DNA from: Macrostomum lignano
Lineage: Eukaryota
NCBI GenBank assembly: GCA_002269645.1
Contig: NIVC01000481.1
Coordinates: 124,001 to 188,000 of the forward strand
Length of the DNA stretch: 64,000 bases
Direction of reading: 5' to 3'
The first letter of the stretch is position 1. Every line of letters begins with the position of its first letter. Made by a program: the position numbers and the translations under genes. This document shows, one piece after another, positions 30,600 through 48,615 of this stretch. A model generated the notes under the pieces. That model saw only the letters and a program-made list of their open reading frames with translations, did not search any database and was not told the origin of the DNA.

Positions 30600-32920
30600 T
30601 GAGACAGGCGTGAAAATGAGTGTGATGGAGTGAGTGTGAATAGGATGTAGTGACTGTGAATGTGATAGAGTGACTGTGAATGTGATGGAGTGACAGTGAG
30701 TGTGATGGAGTGACTGTGTGCGATGGAGTGACAGTGAGTGTAATAGAGTGATTGTGAGTGTGATAGAGTGACTGTGAGTGTGATGGAGTGACAGTGAGTG
30801 TGATGAAGTGACAGTGAGTGTAATGGAGTGACAGTGAGTGTGATAGAGTGACAGTGAATGTGATGGAGTGACAGTCAGTGCGATGGAGTGACAATGAGTG
30901 TGATGGAGTGACAGTGAGTGTAATAGAGTGATTGTGAGTGTGATAGAGTGACTGTGAGTGTGATGGAGTGACTGTGAGTGTGATGGAGTGACTGTGTGCG
31001 ATGGAGTGACAGTGAGTGTAATAGAGTGATTGTGAGTGTGATAGAGTGACTGTGAGTGTGATGGAGTGACAGTGAGTGTGATGAAGTGACAGTGAGTGTA
31101 ATGGAGTGACAGTGAGTGTGATAGAGTGACAGTGAATGTGATGGAGTGACAGTCAGTGCGATGGAGTGACAATGAGTGTGATGGAGTGACAGTGAGTGTA
31201 ATAGAGTGATTGTGAGTGTGATAGAGTGACTGTGAGTGTGATGGAGTGACTGTGAGTGTGATGGAGTGACAGTGAGTGGAATAGAGTGACAGTCAGAGTG
31301 ATAGAGTGAGTGTAAGTATGAGAGACAGACAATGAGTCGTACAGAGTGACAGTGCTAGGGTGAGAGTGACAGTGAAATAGAGGGAGACTGACAAAATGAG
31401 ACAATATTATGGTGAGGCAGTAAGAAATTAAATCAACACTAATTTTATTTGTATGGCAATTTTCAGTTCCAGATTTAATAACGTTATTCGACTAGAAAAA
31501 TAATTCTTTAGTTGTACTTTTAAGTTTAACAGCAGACTGCGGTATGTAACTTGCGAGTGACAAATTACCAAGCCAGGCTCATTAACCTCCTAAGTCTATA
31601 AGGCGGCTTGTGGGGGCGCCTTCTGACTTATTCACTTAAATTGGCGCCTTCTGACTCATTCACTTAATTTGGCCCCCTTTGACTCATTCACTTAATTTGG
31701 CGCCTTCTGACTTATTCACTTAATTTGGCGCCTTCTGACTTATTCACTTAATTTGGCGCCTTCTGACTCATTAAACTAATAAGACAGGCGTGAAAATGAG
31801 TGTGATGGAGTGACAGTGAGTGTGATGGAGTGACAGTGAGTGTGATGGAGTGACTGTGAGTGTGATGGAGTGACAGTGAGTGTGATGAAGTGACAGTGAG
31901 TGTAATGGAGTGACAGTGAGTGTGATAGAGTGACAGTGAATGTGATGGAGTGACAGTCAGTGCGATGGAGTGACAATGAGTGTGATGGAGTGACAGTGAG
32001 TGTGATGGAGTGACAGTGAGTGTAATGGAGTGACAGTGAGTGTGATGGAGTGACAGTGAATGTGATGGAGTGACTGTGAATGTGATGGAGTGACAATGAG
32101 TGTGATGGAGTGACAATGAGTGTGATGGAGTGACAGTGAGTGTGATGGAGTGACAGTGAATGTGATGGAGTGACAGTGAGTGTGATGGAGTGACAATGAG
32201 TGTGATGGAGTGACAGTGAGTGTAATGGAGTGACAGTGAGTGTGATGGAGTGACAGTGAGTGTGATGGAGTGACAATGAGTGTGATGGAGTGACAGTGAG
32301 TGTAATAGAGTGATTGTGAGTGTGATGGAGTGACAGTGAGTGTGATGGAGTGACTGTGAGTGTGATGGAGTGACAGTGAGTGTGATGGAGTGACAGTGAG
32401 TGTGATGAAGTGACAGTGAGTGTAATGGAGTGACAGTGAGTGTGATGGAGTGACAGTGAATGTGATGGAGTGACAGTGAGTGTGATGGAGTGACAATGAG
32501 TGTGATGGAGTGACAGTGAGTTTGATGGAGTGACAGTGAGTGTGATGGAGTGACAGTGAGTGTGATAGAGTGACAGTGAGTGTGATGAAGTGACAGTGAG
32601 TGTGATGGAGTGACAGTGAGTGTAATGGAGTAACAGTGAGTGTGATAGAGTGACAGTGAGTGTGATAGAGTGACTGTGAGTGTGATGGAGTGACAGTGAG
32701 TGTAATGGAGTAACAGTGAGTGTGATAGAGTGACTGTGAGTGTGATAGAGTGACTGTGAGTGTGATGGAGTGACAGTGAGTGTGATGGAGTGACAGTGAG
32801 TGTAATAGAGTGATTGTGAGTGTGATAGAGTGACTGTGAGTGTGATGGAGTGACTGTGAGTGTGATGGAGTGACAGTGAGTGGAATAGAGTGACAGTGAG
32901 AGTGATAGAGTGAGTGTAAG
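30600..32920. repeat. Two blocks of a related 20-bp minisatellite GTGTGATGGAGTGACAGTGA (30600-31310, 31790-32920)
   Basis: Direct inspection; the blocks are separated by a duplicated unique spacer. Confidence 0.95.
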
Positions 32921-33214
32921 TATGAGAGACAGACAATGAGTCGTACAGAGTGACAGTGCTAGGGTGAGAGTGACAGTGAAATAGAGGGAGACTGACAAAA
33001 TGAGACAATATTATGGTGAGGCAGTAAGAAATTAAATCAACACTACTTTTATTTGTATGGCAATTTTCAGTTCCAGATTTAATAACGTTATTCGACTAGA
33101 AAAATAATTCTTTAGTTGTACTTTTAAGTTTAACAGCAGACTGCGGTATGTAACTTGCGAGTGACAAATTACCAAGCCAGGCTCATTAACCTCCTAAGTC
33201 TATAAGGCGGCTTG

Positions 33215-35460
33215 TGGGGGCGCCTTCTGACTTATTCACTTAAATTGGCGCCTTCTGACTCATTCACTTAATTTGGCCCCCTTTGACTCATTCACTTAAT
33301 TTGGCGCCTTCTGACTTATTCACTTAATTTGGCGCCTTCTGACTTATTCACTTAATTTGGCGCCTTCTGACTCATTAAACTAATTTGGCGCCTTCTGACT
33401 TATTCACTTTATTTGGCGCCTTCTGACTCATTAAACTAATTTGGCGCCTTCTGACGCATTCACTATATTTGGCGCTTTCTGACTCATTCACTTAATTTGG
33501 CGCCTTCTGACTCATTCACTTAATTTGGCGCCTTCTGACCTATTCACCTAATTTGGCGCCTTCTGACTTATTTATCGAATTTGGCGCCTTCTGACTCATT
33601 CGATTAATTTGGCGCCTTCTGACTTATTCACTTAATTTGGCGCCTTCTGACTTATTCACTTAATTTGGCGCCTTCTGACTCATTAAACTAATTTGGCGCC
33701 TTCTGACTTATTCACTTTATTTGGCGCCTTCTGACTCATTAAACTAATTTGGCGCCTTCTGACGCATTCACTTTATTTGGCGCTTTCTGACTCATTCACT
33801 TTATTTGGCGCCTTCTGACTCATTCACTTAATTTGGCGCCTTCTGACCTATTCACCTAATTTGGCGCCTTCTGACTCATTCACTTAATTTGGCGCCTTCT
33901 GACTCATTCACTTAATTTGGCGCCTTCTGACCTATTCACTTAATTTGGCGCCTTCTGACTTATTCACTTTATTTGGCGCCTTCTGACTCATTTAACTAAT
34001 TTGGCGCCTTCTGACGCATTCAATTTATTTGGCGCTTTCTGACTCATTCACTTAATTTGGCGCCTTCTGACTCATTCACCTAATTTGGCGCCTTCTGACC
34101 TATTCACCTAATTTGGCGCCTTATGACTTATTTACCGAATTTGGCGCCTTCTGACTCATTCGATTAATTTGGCGCCTTCTGACTTATTCACCTAATTTGG
34201 CGCCTTCTGACTTATTCACCTAATTTGGCGCCTTCTGACTCATTCACTTAATTTGGCGCCTTCTGACTTATTCACTTAATTTGGCGCCTTCTGACTCATT
34301 CACTTAATTTGGCGCCTTCTGACTCATTCACTTAATTTGGCGCCTTCTGACTTATTTACCGAATTTGGCGCCTTCTGACTTATTTACCGAATTTGGCGCC
34401 TTCTGACTCATTCACTCTATTTGGCGCCTTCTGACTTATTCACTTTATTTGGCGCCTTCTGACGCATTCACTTTATTTGGCGCCTCCTGAAATATTCACT
34501 TTATTTGGCGCCTCCTGACTTATTCACTTTATTTGGCGCCTCCTGACTTATTCACCTTATTTGGCGCCTTCTGACTCATTTACTTTATTTGGCGCCTTCT
34601 GACTTATTTACCGAATTTGGCGCCTTCTGACTCATTAAACTAATTTGGCGCCTTCTGACTTATTCACTTACTTTGGCGCCTTCTGACTCATTCACTTAAT
34701 TTGGCGACTTCTGACGCATTCACTTTATTTGGCGCCTTCTGACTTATTCACTTAATTTGGCGCCTTCTGACTTATTCACTTAATTTGGCGCCTTCTGACT
34801 TATTTACCGAATTTGGCGCCTTCTGACTCATTTACTTTATTTGGCGCCTTCTGACTTATTTACCGAATTTGGCGCCTTCTGACTCATTAAACTAATTTGG
34901 CGCCTTCTGACTTATTCACTTACTTTGGCGCCTTCTGACTCATTCACTTAATTTGGCGACTTCTGACGCATTCACTTTATTTGGCGCCTTCTGACTTATT
35001 CACTTAATTTGGCGCCTTCTGACTCATTTACTTTATTTGGCGCCTTCTGACTTATTTACCGAATTTGGCGCCTTCTGACTCATTAAACTAATTTGGCGCC
35101 TTCTGACTTATTCACTTACTTTGGCGCCTTCTGACTCATTCACTTAATTTGGCGACTTCTGACGCATTCACTTTATTTGGCGCCTTCTGACTTATTCACT
35201 TAATTTGGCGCCTTCTGACTTATTCACTTAATTTGGCGCCTTCTGACTTATTTACCGAATTTGGCGCCTTCTGACTCATTCACTTAATTTGGCGCCTTCT
35301 GACTTATTCACTTTATTTGGCGCCTTCTGACGCATTCACCTAATTTGGCGCCTCCTGACTTATTCACTTTATTTGGCGCCCCCTGACTTATTCACCTAAT
35401 TTGGCGCCTTCTGACTCATTCACTTTATTTGGCGCCTTCTGACTTATTCACAATCTTGGC
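33215..35460. repeat. 28-bp minisatellite AATTTGGCGCCTTCTGACTCATTCACTT, about 80 copies (short block also at 31615-31775)
   Basis: Direct inspection. Confidence 0.97.
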
Positions 35461-35924
35461 GCCTCCAGTTAAACGACCGAGTTTGTTGAGTTCCCAATTC
35501 GCTAGCCGCATCAGCCCCCAAGAATTCCTGACCAATGGGAACTGTGCTAGGCAGTATTTTCTAAGGCTTAATACCCTCACAGTAGTGTATAAAATATGCT
35601 AAAAAATTCCAATAGGAATTTTGTCCTCTTCGCCGCGTTATTTTCTCATTTGAAATGCTCAAATAAACAAATAATTCACGCGAGGTTCGATTTTAAACGA
35701 AAACTACAGCTCAAACTATGGAAGGTGTAAAATTAACCCGATCCAAGTCGCTGCCCGATTCGAAACTATTCGAAGCTTTGGTTCGAAAATTTTCCAGGTG
35801 AGCCATGTTGCCCCCCCCCTAATCTCACCTCATTAGCACCTGTTTAATGAATGTATCCTGAGCAGTAATGCTCAGTAATGATGCTTAGTACAGAAATGTC
35901 GTCGAATCTTGGGAATACTTTGTC

Positions 35925-37003
35925 AACTGAGGATTTGGGAGGCTGGCCCAGCAACTGAGGATCTGGGAGGCTGGCTCAGCAACTGAGGATCTGGGAGGCT
36001 GGCCCAGCAACTGAGGATCTGGGAGGCTGGCTCAGCAACTGAGGATCTAGGAGGCTGGCCCAGCAACTGAGGATCTGGGAGGCTGGCCCAGCAACTGCGG
36101 ATCTGGGAGGCTGGCTCAGCAACTGAGGATCTGGGAGGCTGGCCCAGCAACTGAGGATCTGGGAGGCTGGCTCAGCAACTGAGGATCTAGGAGGCTGGCC
36201 CAGCAACTGAGGATCTGGGAGGCTGGCCCAGCAACTGAGGATCTGGGAGGCTGGCTCAGCAACTGAGGATCTGGGAGGCTAGCCCAGCAACTGAGGATCT
36301 GGGAGGCTAGCCCAGCAACTGAGGATCTGGGAGGCTGGCCCAGCAACTGAGGATCTGGGAGGCTGGCCCAGCAACTGAGGATCTGAGAGGCTGGCCCAGC
36401 AACTGAGGATCTGGGAGGCTGGCCCAGCAACTGAGGATCTGGGAGGCTGGCCCAGCAACTGAGGATCTGGGAGGCTGGCCCAGCAACTGAGGATCTGGGA
36501 GGCTAGCCCAGCAACTGAGGATCTGGGAGGCTGGCCCAGCAACTGAGGATCTGGGAGGCTGGCCCAGCAACTGAGGATCTGGGAGGCTGGCTCAGCAACT
36601 GAGGATCTGGGAGGCTGGCCCAGCAACTGAGGATCTGGGAGGCTGGCTCAGCAACTGAGGATCGGGGAGGCTGGCCCAGCAACTGAGGATCTGGGAGGCT
36701 GGCCCAGCAACTGAGGATCTGGGAGGCTAACCCAGCAACTGAGGATCTGGGAGGCTGGCTCAGCAACTGAGGATCTGGGAGGCTGGCCCAGCAACTGAGG
36801 ATCTGGGAAGCTGGCTCAGCAACTGACACTCTGGGAGGCTGGCTCAGCAACTGAGGATCTGGGAGGCTGGCCCAGCAACTGAGGATCTGGGAAGCTGGCT
36901 CAGCAACTGACACTCTGGGAGGCTGGCTCAGCAACTGAGGATCTGGGAGGCTGGCTCAGCAACTGAGGATCTGGGAGGCTGGCCCAGCAACTGAGGATCT
37001 GGG
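35925..37003 (+). repeat. 28-bp minisatellite CCCAGCAACTGAGGATCTGGGAGGCTGG
   Basis: The same family occurs at 38700-39280 and, inverted, at 62600-63510. Confidence 0.97.
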
Positions 37004-37319
37004 CAGTCCATTCCCAGTGGCTACTCTGGACGCTTTGGCTTCGATATTACCAATCTATTAATATTTCTGGGTGTCAGGACTGGATTAAGAGAGCTGGCCA
37101 GCTTCCAGCGCCCTCTCGGTCTGGGAATGTCTCGGCCCCGAACTGTGCAGATGATTTATGGTGCATGTTACAATACGCTGGGGAAAATAGGGATTTCAAT
37201 GCATCTAATACATGTATAAAGATATATATATATATATATTTAGGTCTGCGAAACTGGGAGTTCAAGTCGTCAGATTATGTTTGATAGGATTTCGGGTGCT
37301 CAACTGGTGGATATTTTGT

Positions 37320-37531
37320 TGCGTCTGATTTTTGATTGTGGTGTCTTTGTTGTCTTAGCAATTGAGGTTGTTGTTGAAATCGAAGTTTTCGTAGTTTTGA
37401 GGTTATTGTTGTTGTTGTTGTTGTGGTTGTTGAAATTGAGGTTGTTGTTGTTGTTGTTGTTGTTGCTGCTGCTGTTGTTGTTGAAATTGAGGTTGTTGTT
37501 GTTGTTGTTGTTGTTGTTGTTGAAATTGAGA

Positions 37532-37562
<31 letters not shown>

Positions 37563-37610
37563 AATTGTGGTTGTTGTTGTTGTTGTTGTTGTTGTTGTTG
37601 AAATTGAGGC

Positions 37611-37647
<37 letters not shown>

Positions 37648-37915
37648 GCTGTTGTTGAAATTGAGGTTGTTGTTGTTGTTGAAATTCAGGTTGTTGTTGC
37701 TGTTGTTGAAATTGAGGTTGTTGTTGTTGTTGAAATTGAGGTTTTTGTTGTTGTTGTTGTTGAAATTCAGGTTGTTGTTGTTGTTGTTGTTGAAATTGTT
37801 GTTGTTGTTGTTGTTGAAATTGAGGATGTTGTTATTGTTGAAATTGAGGTTGTCATTGGTATTTTTATTGATTTAATTGAGGTTGCTGTTGTTGTTGTTG
37901 TTGTTGAAATTGAGG

Positions 37916-37947
<32 letters not shown>

Positions 37948-38130
37948 GAAATTGAGGTTGTTGTTATTGTTGAACTTGAGGTTGTCATTGTTATTTTTAT
38001 TGATTTAATTGAGGTTGTTGTTTTTGAAATTGAAGTCGCTGTCGGTGTTGTCGGTGTTGAAATCAAAGTTATTGTTACTGTTGATGAAATTATAAGTTCT
38101 TTGTTATTGTTATTGTTAAAATTGACGTTG
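37320..38130. repeat. (GTT)n-rich compound repeat punctuated by GAAATTGAG
   Basis: Direct inspection. Confidence 0.92.
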
Positions 38131-38699
38131 CCGTTGTTATTTTTCAATTTGAAGTTGTACTTTTATTATTGTAAGGGTCATGGACGGCTGAACCCTTGGC
38201 TAACATCAGCGGGCCAAATACAATTTGTCATTAGTACTGTAAGTAACTGTAAGCGCCAGAAACGGCAGGGCAGGAGTAACGGGATCAAAAGCAAGGAAAG
38301 ATGCACGTGGAGAAAATGGCATAGCGAAGGTGGACAGCTCGATCGGTTTCCGCACTAATGCCTTATTTATTTTTATTAGATTGTCGTCCAGAGCTTAAAA
38401 GTTGTGTCCGCAGCAACAGTTGCCGCATAATTTCACCGAAATGCTTTCATATTTCTGCTAACTCTGTCTGTCCTTCACCAGCTTTTAGAATGATTTGCCA
38501 TCTTTCTTTGACGGGAGAAGCATCCTCATTGGCCAATCCTTCTAGAAGAAAAAATGCAAAAGCAATTAGCTGCAGATTCCTGCACTCCAGCCGAAATTGC
38601 AATACGATTTATCTTTGCCTCGGCATCAACTGCTGGCTGCTGCCGCCGAGACTGAGGGGTCCTGTGGAGTTTCATCGCTCTTTTGAGTCAAGGAGGGTC

Positions 38700-39280
38700 T
38701 AAGAGCTGCGAGGGTGGCGGTAGCTCAGCAACTGAGGGTCTGGGAGCTGCGAGGGTGGCGGTAGCTCAGCAACTGAGGGTCTGGGAGGCTAGCCCAGCAA
38801 CTGTAGGAGGATCTTGAAGGCTGGCCCAGCAACTGTAGGAGGATCTTGAAGGCTGGCCCAGCAACTGAGGATCTGGGAGGCTGGTCGAGCAACTGAGGAT
38901 TTAGGAGGCTGGCCCAGCAACTGAGGATTTAGGAGGCTGGCCCAGCAACTGAGGATCTGGGAGGCTGGCCCAGCAACTGAGGATTTAGGAGGCTGCATGG
39001 CCCAGCAACTGAGGATCTGGCTAGCCCAGCAAACGAGAATCTGGGAGGCTGGCCCAACAACTGAAGATTTAGGAGGCTGGAATGGATCAGCAACTGAGGA
39101 TCTGGGAGGCTGGCCCAGCAACCGAGGATTTGGGAGGCTGGCCCAGCAACTGAGGATCTGGGAGACTGGATCAGCAACTGAGGATCTGGGAGACTGGATC
39201 AGCAACTGAGGATCTGGGAGACTGGATCAGCAACTGAGGATCTGGGAGGCTGGATCAGAAACGGAGGATCTGGGAGGCTG
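38700..39280 (+). repeat. Degenerate block of the CAGCAACTGAGGATCTGGGAGGCTGG family
   Basis: Direct inspection. Confidence 0.9.
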
Positions 39281-39289
39281 GTGGCCTAG

Positions 39290-39799
39290 ATAGAAACTGA
39301 GAATAATCCAGCGCCCCATCACCGCCTCTCCAGCATCCCCAGCTCAGTCGGCATGGCCGGCCGCAGCTGCAGCCTGCAGGACTCGCAGGCCCTCCGTGAG
39401 GCCTACTCAAGCAGCGAATGCGACTCAACATCTTCATCCTCATCGAGCTCTGAGAGCCTCTCCAGCTGCAGCAGCAGCGACTCGGAGGAATCCAACGATT
39501 GCTCAGCTTCCTCGAGTGCTTCATCAACGTCTTCATCCTCTTTCGAAGGATCGGTTCAGGTCGACAGCGTGTCGACAGATCGCCGCCCCGACTCCGATCA
39601 GTTGAGTTTCATCGATTTGCGAGGCGCCAGGAGGCGCCAAGATCGGCGCCAAGATCGGCGCCAAGATCGGCGCCAAGATCGGCGCCCGCTGAGCGCGCTG
39701 TCAGAGGAGTCCACCGAGAGTGGCGACGGCAGCACTTCGGCGTCAGCGGCAGCGTCAGCAGCAGCTGGGCCTACAGCTATCGCACTGCCAGTTATATGA
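39290..39799 (+). CDS. Ser/acidic low-complexity coding segment (probable terminal exon, or a 148-aa ORF from ATG 39353)
   Basis: GC-rich 169-codon open frame after CCTAG at 39289, ending in TGA. Contains (RRQD)4 and RPLSALSEESTES. Upstream exons not established. Confidence 0.45.
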   Translation: METENNPAPHHRLSSIPSSVGMAGRSCSLQDSQALREAYSSSECDSTSSSSSSSESLSSCSSSDSEESNDCSASSSASSTSSSSFEGSVQVDSVSTDRRPDSDQLSFIDLRGARRRQDRRQDRRQDRRQDRRPLSALSEESTESGDGSTSASAAASAAAGPTAIALPVI

Positions 39800-40034
39800 T
39801 TTACTCAACATATCGGCGCTGGATTATCTAATTATATTGAGAATGGCTATAAGCCTATTCAGTACCTTGTTTGTTTTTATGTGAGCAATTCTATCTGCTC
39901 AGAGAAATTAGCTACTAAAAGTGCACAAAATGTACTGCACATTCTCTGTTGCTTGATGAGAACAATGCGTATGGCTGATAAAAAATATGTAAAGTCTGAA
40001 GTGTGATGTCCAACACGAGGAAAAAAGGAGGAAG

Positions 40035-41790
40035 AATGATGTGTCAGATTATGGAAAGAATGATGTGTCAGATTATGAAAAGAATGATGTGTCAGATTAT
40101 GAAAGAGTGATGTGTCAGATTATGAAAGAGTGATGTGTCAGATTAGTGAAGAATGATGTGTCAGATTATGGAAAGAATGATGTGTCAGATTATGGAAGAG
40201 TGATGTGTCAGATTATGAAAGAGTGATGTGTCAGATAAGTGAAGAATGATGTGTCAGATTATGGAAAGAATGATGTGGCAGATTATGGAAAGAATGATGT
40301 GTCAGATTATGGGAAGAATGATGTGTCAGATTATGAAAGAGTGATGTGTCAGATTTTGAAAGAGTGATGTGTCAGATAAGTGAAGAATGATGTGTCAGAT
40401 TATGGAAAGAATGATGTGGCAGATTATGGAAAGAATGATGTGTCAGATTATGGGAAGAATGATGTGTCAGATTATGAAAGAGTGATGTGTCAGATTTTGA
40501 AAGAGTGATGTGTCAGATTATGAAAGAGTGATGTGTCAGATTATGAAAGAGTGATGTGTCAGATTATGAAAGAGTGATGTGTCAGATTATGAAAGAGTGA
40601 TGTGTCAGATTATGAAAGAGTGATGTGTCAGATTAGTGAAGAATGATGTGTCAGATTATGGAAAGAATGATGTGGCAGATTATGGAAAGAATGATGTGTC
40701 AGATTATGGGAAGAATGATGTGTCAGATTATGAAAGAGTGATGTGTCAGATTTTGAAAGAGTGATGTGTCAGATTATGAAAGAGTGATGTGTCAGATTTT
40801 GAAAGAGTGATGTGTCAGATTATGAAAGAGTGATGTGTCAGATTAGTGAAGAATGATGTGTCAGATTATGGAAAGAATGATGTGTCAGATTATGGAAGAG
40901 TGATGTGTCAGATTATGAAAAGAATGATGTGGCAGATTATGAAAGAGTGATGTGTCAGATTAGTGAAGAATGATGTGTCAGATTATGGAAAGAATGATGC
41001 GTCAGATTATAAAAGAGTGATGTGTCAGATTTTGAAAGAGTGATGTGTCAGATTATGAAAGAGTGATGTGTCAGATTATGAAAGAGTGATGTGTCAGATA
41101 AGTGAAGAATGATGTGTCAGATTATGGAAAGAATGATGTGGCAGATTATGGAAAGAATGATGTGTCAGATTATGGGAAGAATTATGTGTCAGATTATGAA
41201 AGAGTGATGTGTCAGATTTTGAAAGAGTGATGTGTCAGATTATGAAAGAGTGATGTGTCAGATAAGTGAAGAATGATGTGTCAGATTATGGAAAGAATGA
41301 TGTGTCAGATTATGGAAAGAATGATGTGTCAGATTATGGAAAGAATGATGTGTCAGATTATGAAAGAGTGATGTGTCAGATTATGAAAGAGTGATGTGTC
41401 AGATTTTGAAAGAGTGATGTGTCAGATTATGGAAAGAATGATGTGTCAGATTATGATAAGAATGATGTGTCAGATTATGAAAGAGTGATGTGTCAGATTA
41501 TGAAAGAGTGATGTGTCAGATTATGAAAGAGTGATGTGTCAGATTATGAAAAGAATGATGTGTTAGATTATGGAATGAATGATGTGTCAGATTATGGAAA
41601 GAATGATGTGTCAGATTATGAAAAGAATGATGTGTCAGATTATGAAAGAGTGATGTGTCAGATTATGAAAAGAATGATGTGTCAGATTATGGAATGAATG
41701 ATGTGTCAGATTATGGAAAGAATGATGTGTCAGATTATGAAAAGAATGATGTGTCAGATTATGGAAAGAATGATGTGTCAGATTAGTGAA
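40035..41790. repeat. 23/24-bp minisatellite GATGTGTCAGATTATGAAAGAGT, about 75 copies
   Basis: Direct inspection. Confidence 0.97.
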
Positions 41791-42620
41791 GAAAAGAAGC
41801 TAGTAAAGTGTCAGCAAATTGAGGGGTTCATCATGAATCAATGTACTTACAAACGGTCTATCCGAAAATTCTAAAGACATTCTACATTTCTGAGGATCAG
41901 TCATTCGAGTAAAAATGTGTTTAGTACTATTCTAAACAGAAAGTTCTACAAGATCCCCCTGTAGTCAATCAATGCCTTAAGTCAGGCCAAAGCAGTGCTT
42001 AAGACCCTAAAAGTACTCTTGTGCTTGCTCAGCTCGCGTGAAAATTTCATAACGAGTTGGTTCTTCAACTCTCATTAGAGACACTCGGTTATATGAGTAG
42101 GATGCGATCAATAGGGCGCAATGTACTACTTTATTCAATGAGTAGTACAGAAGCTTTTACATCGTATTATATATTTGTTTTCTGATAATAATAGTGCGGT
42201 TGTGAAGTACGCGAAATATATCGGAATTCCGTTGTGAAGAGGTCCACATATTACAGTTTAGATTTTGATTAAACTAAGGGCGAACTAGATCAAGAGGTGT
42301 CGGGCAGGGACAGAAATGTCGTTGGTGTCAGAAGGCGCTGAAATTTAGTGTCAAATTTTGGCACTGATATCTGGGTTGATTGCGCGCCAAATGATGTGTC
42401 AATTGGGCGTCAGAAGGGCACTGAGTTTATTGCCTGGAGGGGCCTGTAAATTTGTGTCAGGATGTTCGCTAAAATAAGTGTCAGGATGGCGCCAAATTTG
42501 ATTTTAGCAGGGCTTGTTCATACTCATTAAGGAATTTTATCCTTACATAACATTCACTCCTTTACTGATTAAATAACACGAGTTTATAAGGTTAACTGGA
42601 AGGCGTCAGAAGTCCGTCTA

Positions 42621-47644
<5,024 letters not shown>

Positions 47645-47877
47645 TACTTTCACTTTGAGAGGCAAATTTCACACACGAGTTAGAAATTTTCTGTTCCAAC
47701 AACGCCATATTAGTTGGCTTTAAATACCTGCGAATTTAGATAAACCTGGAAATTTTTTGCGCGCGGCGGGCTATCTTGTGCAATCAGACCACGTGACTTG
47801 ATTGCAGTGCGGCCTGTGCAACGTTACTGTGCAACGTGCAGCCAAACTGCTACATGTAAGCCATTTGGAATCAGTCA

Positions 47878-47920
<43 letters not shown>

Positions 47921-48615
47921 AGTCAGTCAGTCAGTCAGTCAGTCAGTCAGTCAGTCAATCAGTCAGTCAGTCAGTCAGTCAGTCAGTCAGTCAGTCAGTC
48001 AGTCAGTCAGTCAGTCAGTCAGCCAGTCAGTCAGTCAGTCAGTCAGTCAGTCAGCCAGTCAGCCAGTCAGCCAGTCAGCCAGTCAGTCAGTCAGACAAGT
48101 CAGTCAGTCAGTCAGTCAGCCAGTCAGTCAGTCAGACAAGTCAGTCAGTCAGTCAGTCAGTCAGTTAGTCAGTCAGTCAGTTAGTCAGTCAGACAGTTCC
48201 CATTAAGCATCATGAATCCATCAGAGAAATTCGGTGAAAGCTGATGCGGCACAAATATCCTCAATCCTATTTATTTACTTCATCATGGAGGCTGAACAGG
48301 CCATCAGGCTCCCAAATAGACCGCCAGTTTTCGGTCAGGAATGCAGAACAGTTTTACAACTGCGCAAGTGAACTGTTGGGCCACTCCGAGCTTTTAGAGG
48401 CAGGTGTGAGTGGCGCATCAGGTTAATTGCTGCATGGGGTTGGGGGCTGATTGCCAAACAATCTTCTTCAGCTCTTCATCTGGGGGGTGGTGTCCCAACT
48501 GCAAATGGAAAACACAGAAAGCCCCCAACAAAATGGCAAGAAGATAAAAAGGCAAAGTTTGAAAAATCAAGCAGAACAAGGGCTGTTTTGACCTGAATAT
48601 CCCCTGCACAAAAGC
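47645..48615. promoter_or_regulatory. Probable shared bidirectional promoter of the ACE pair, with a central (CAGT)n tract (47870-48193)
   Basis: 971 bp between divergent ATGs. TATTTAAA on the minus strand near 47720 and an E-box CACGTG near 47790. Confidence 0.55.

Noticed and set aside
37277-38358. Val-, Leu- and Thr-rich ORFs of 126-311 aa
   Set aside because: Products of a (GTT)n compound repeat.
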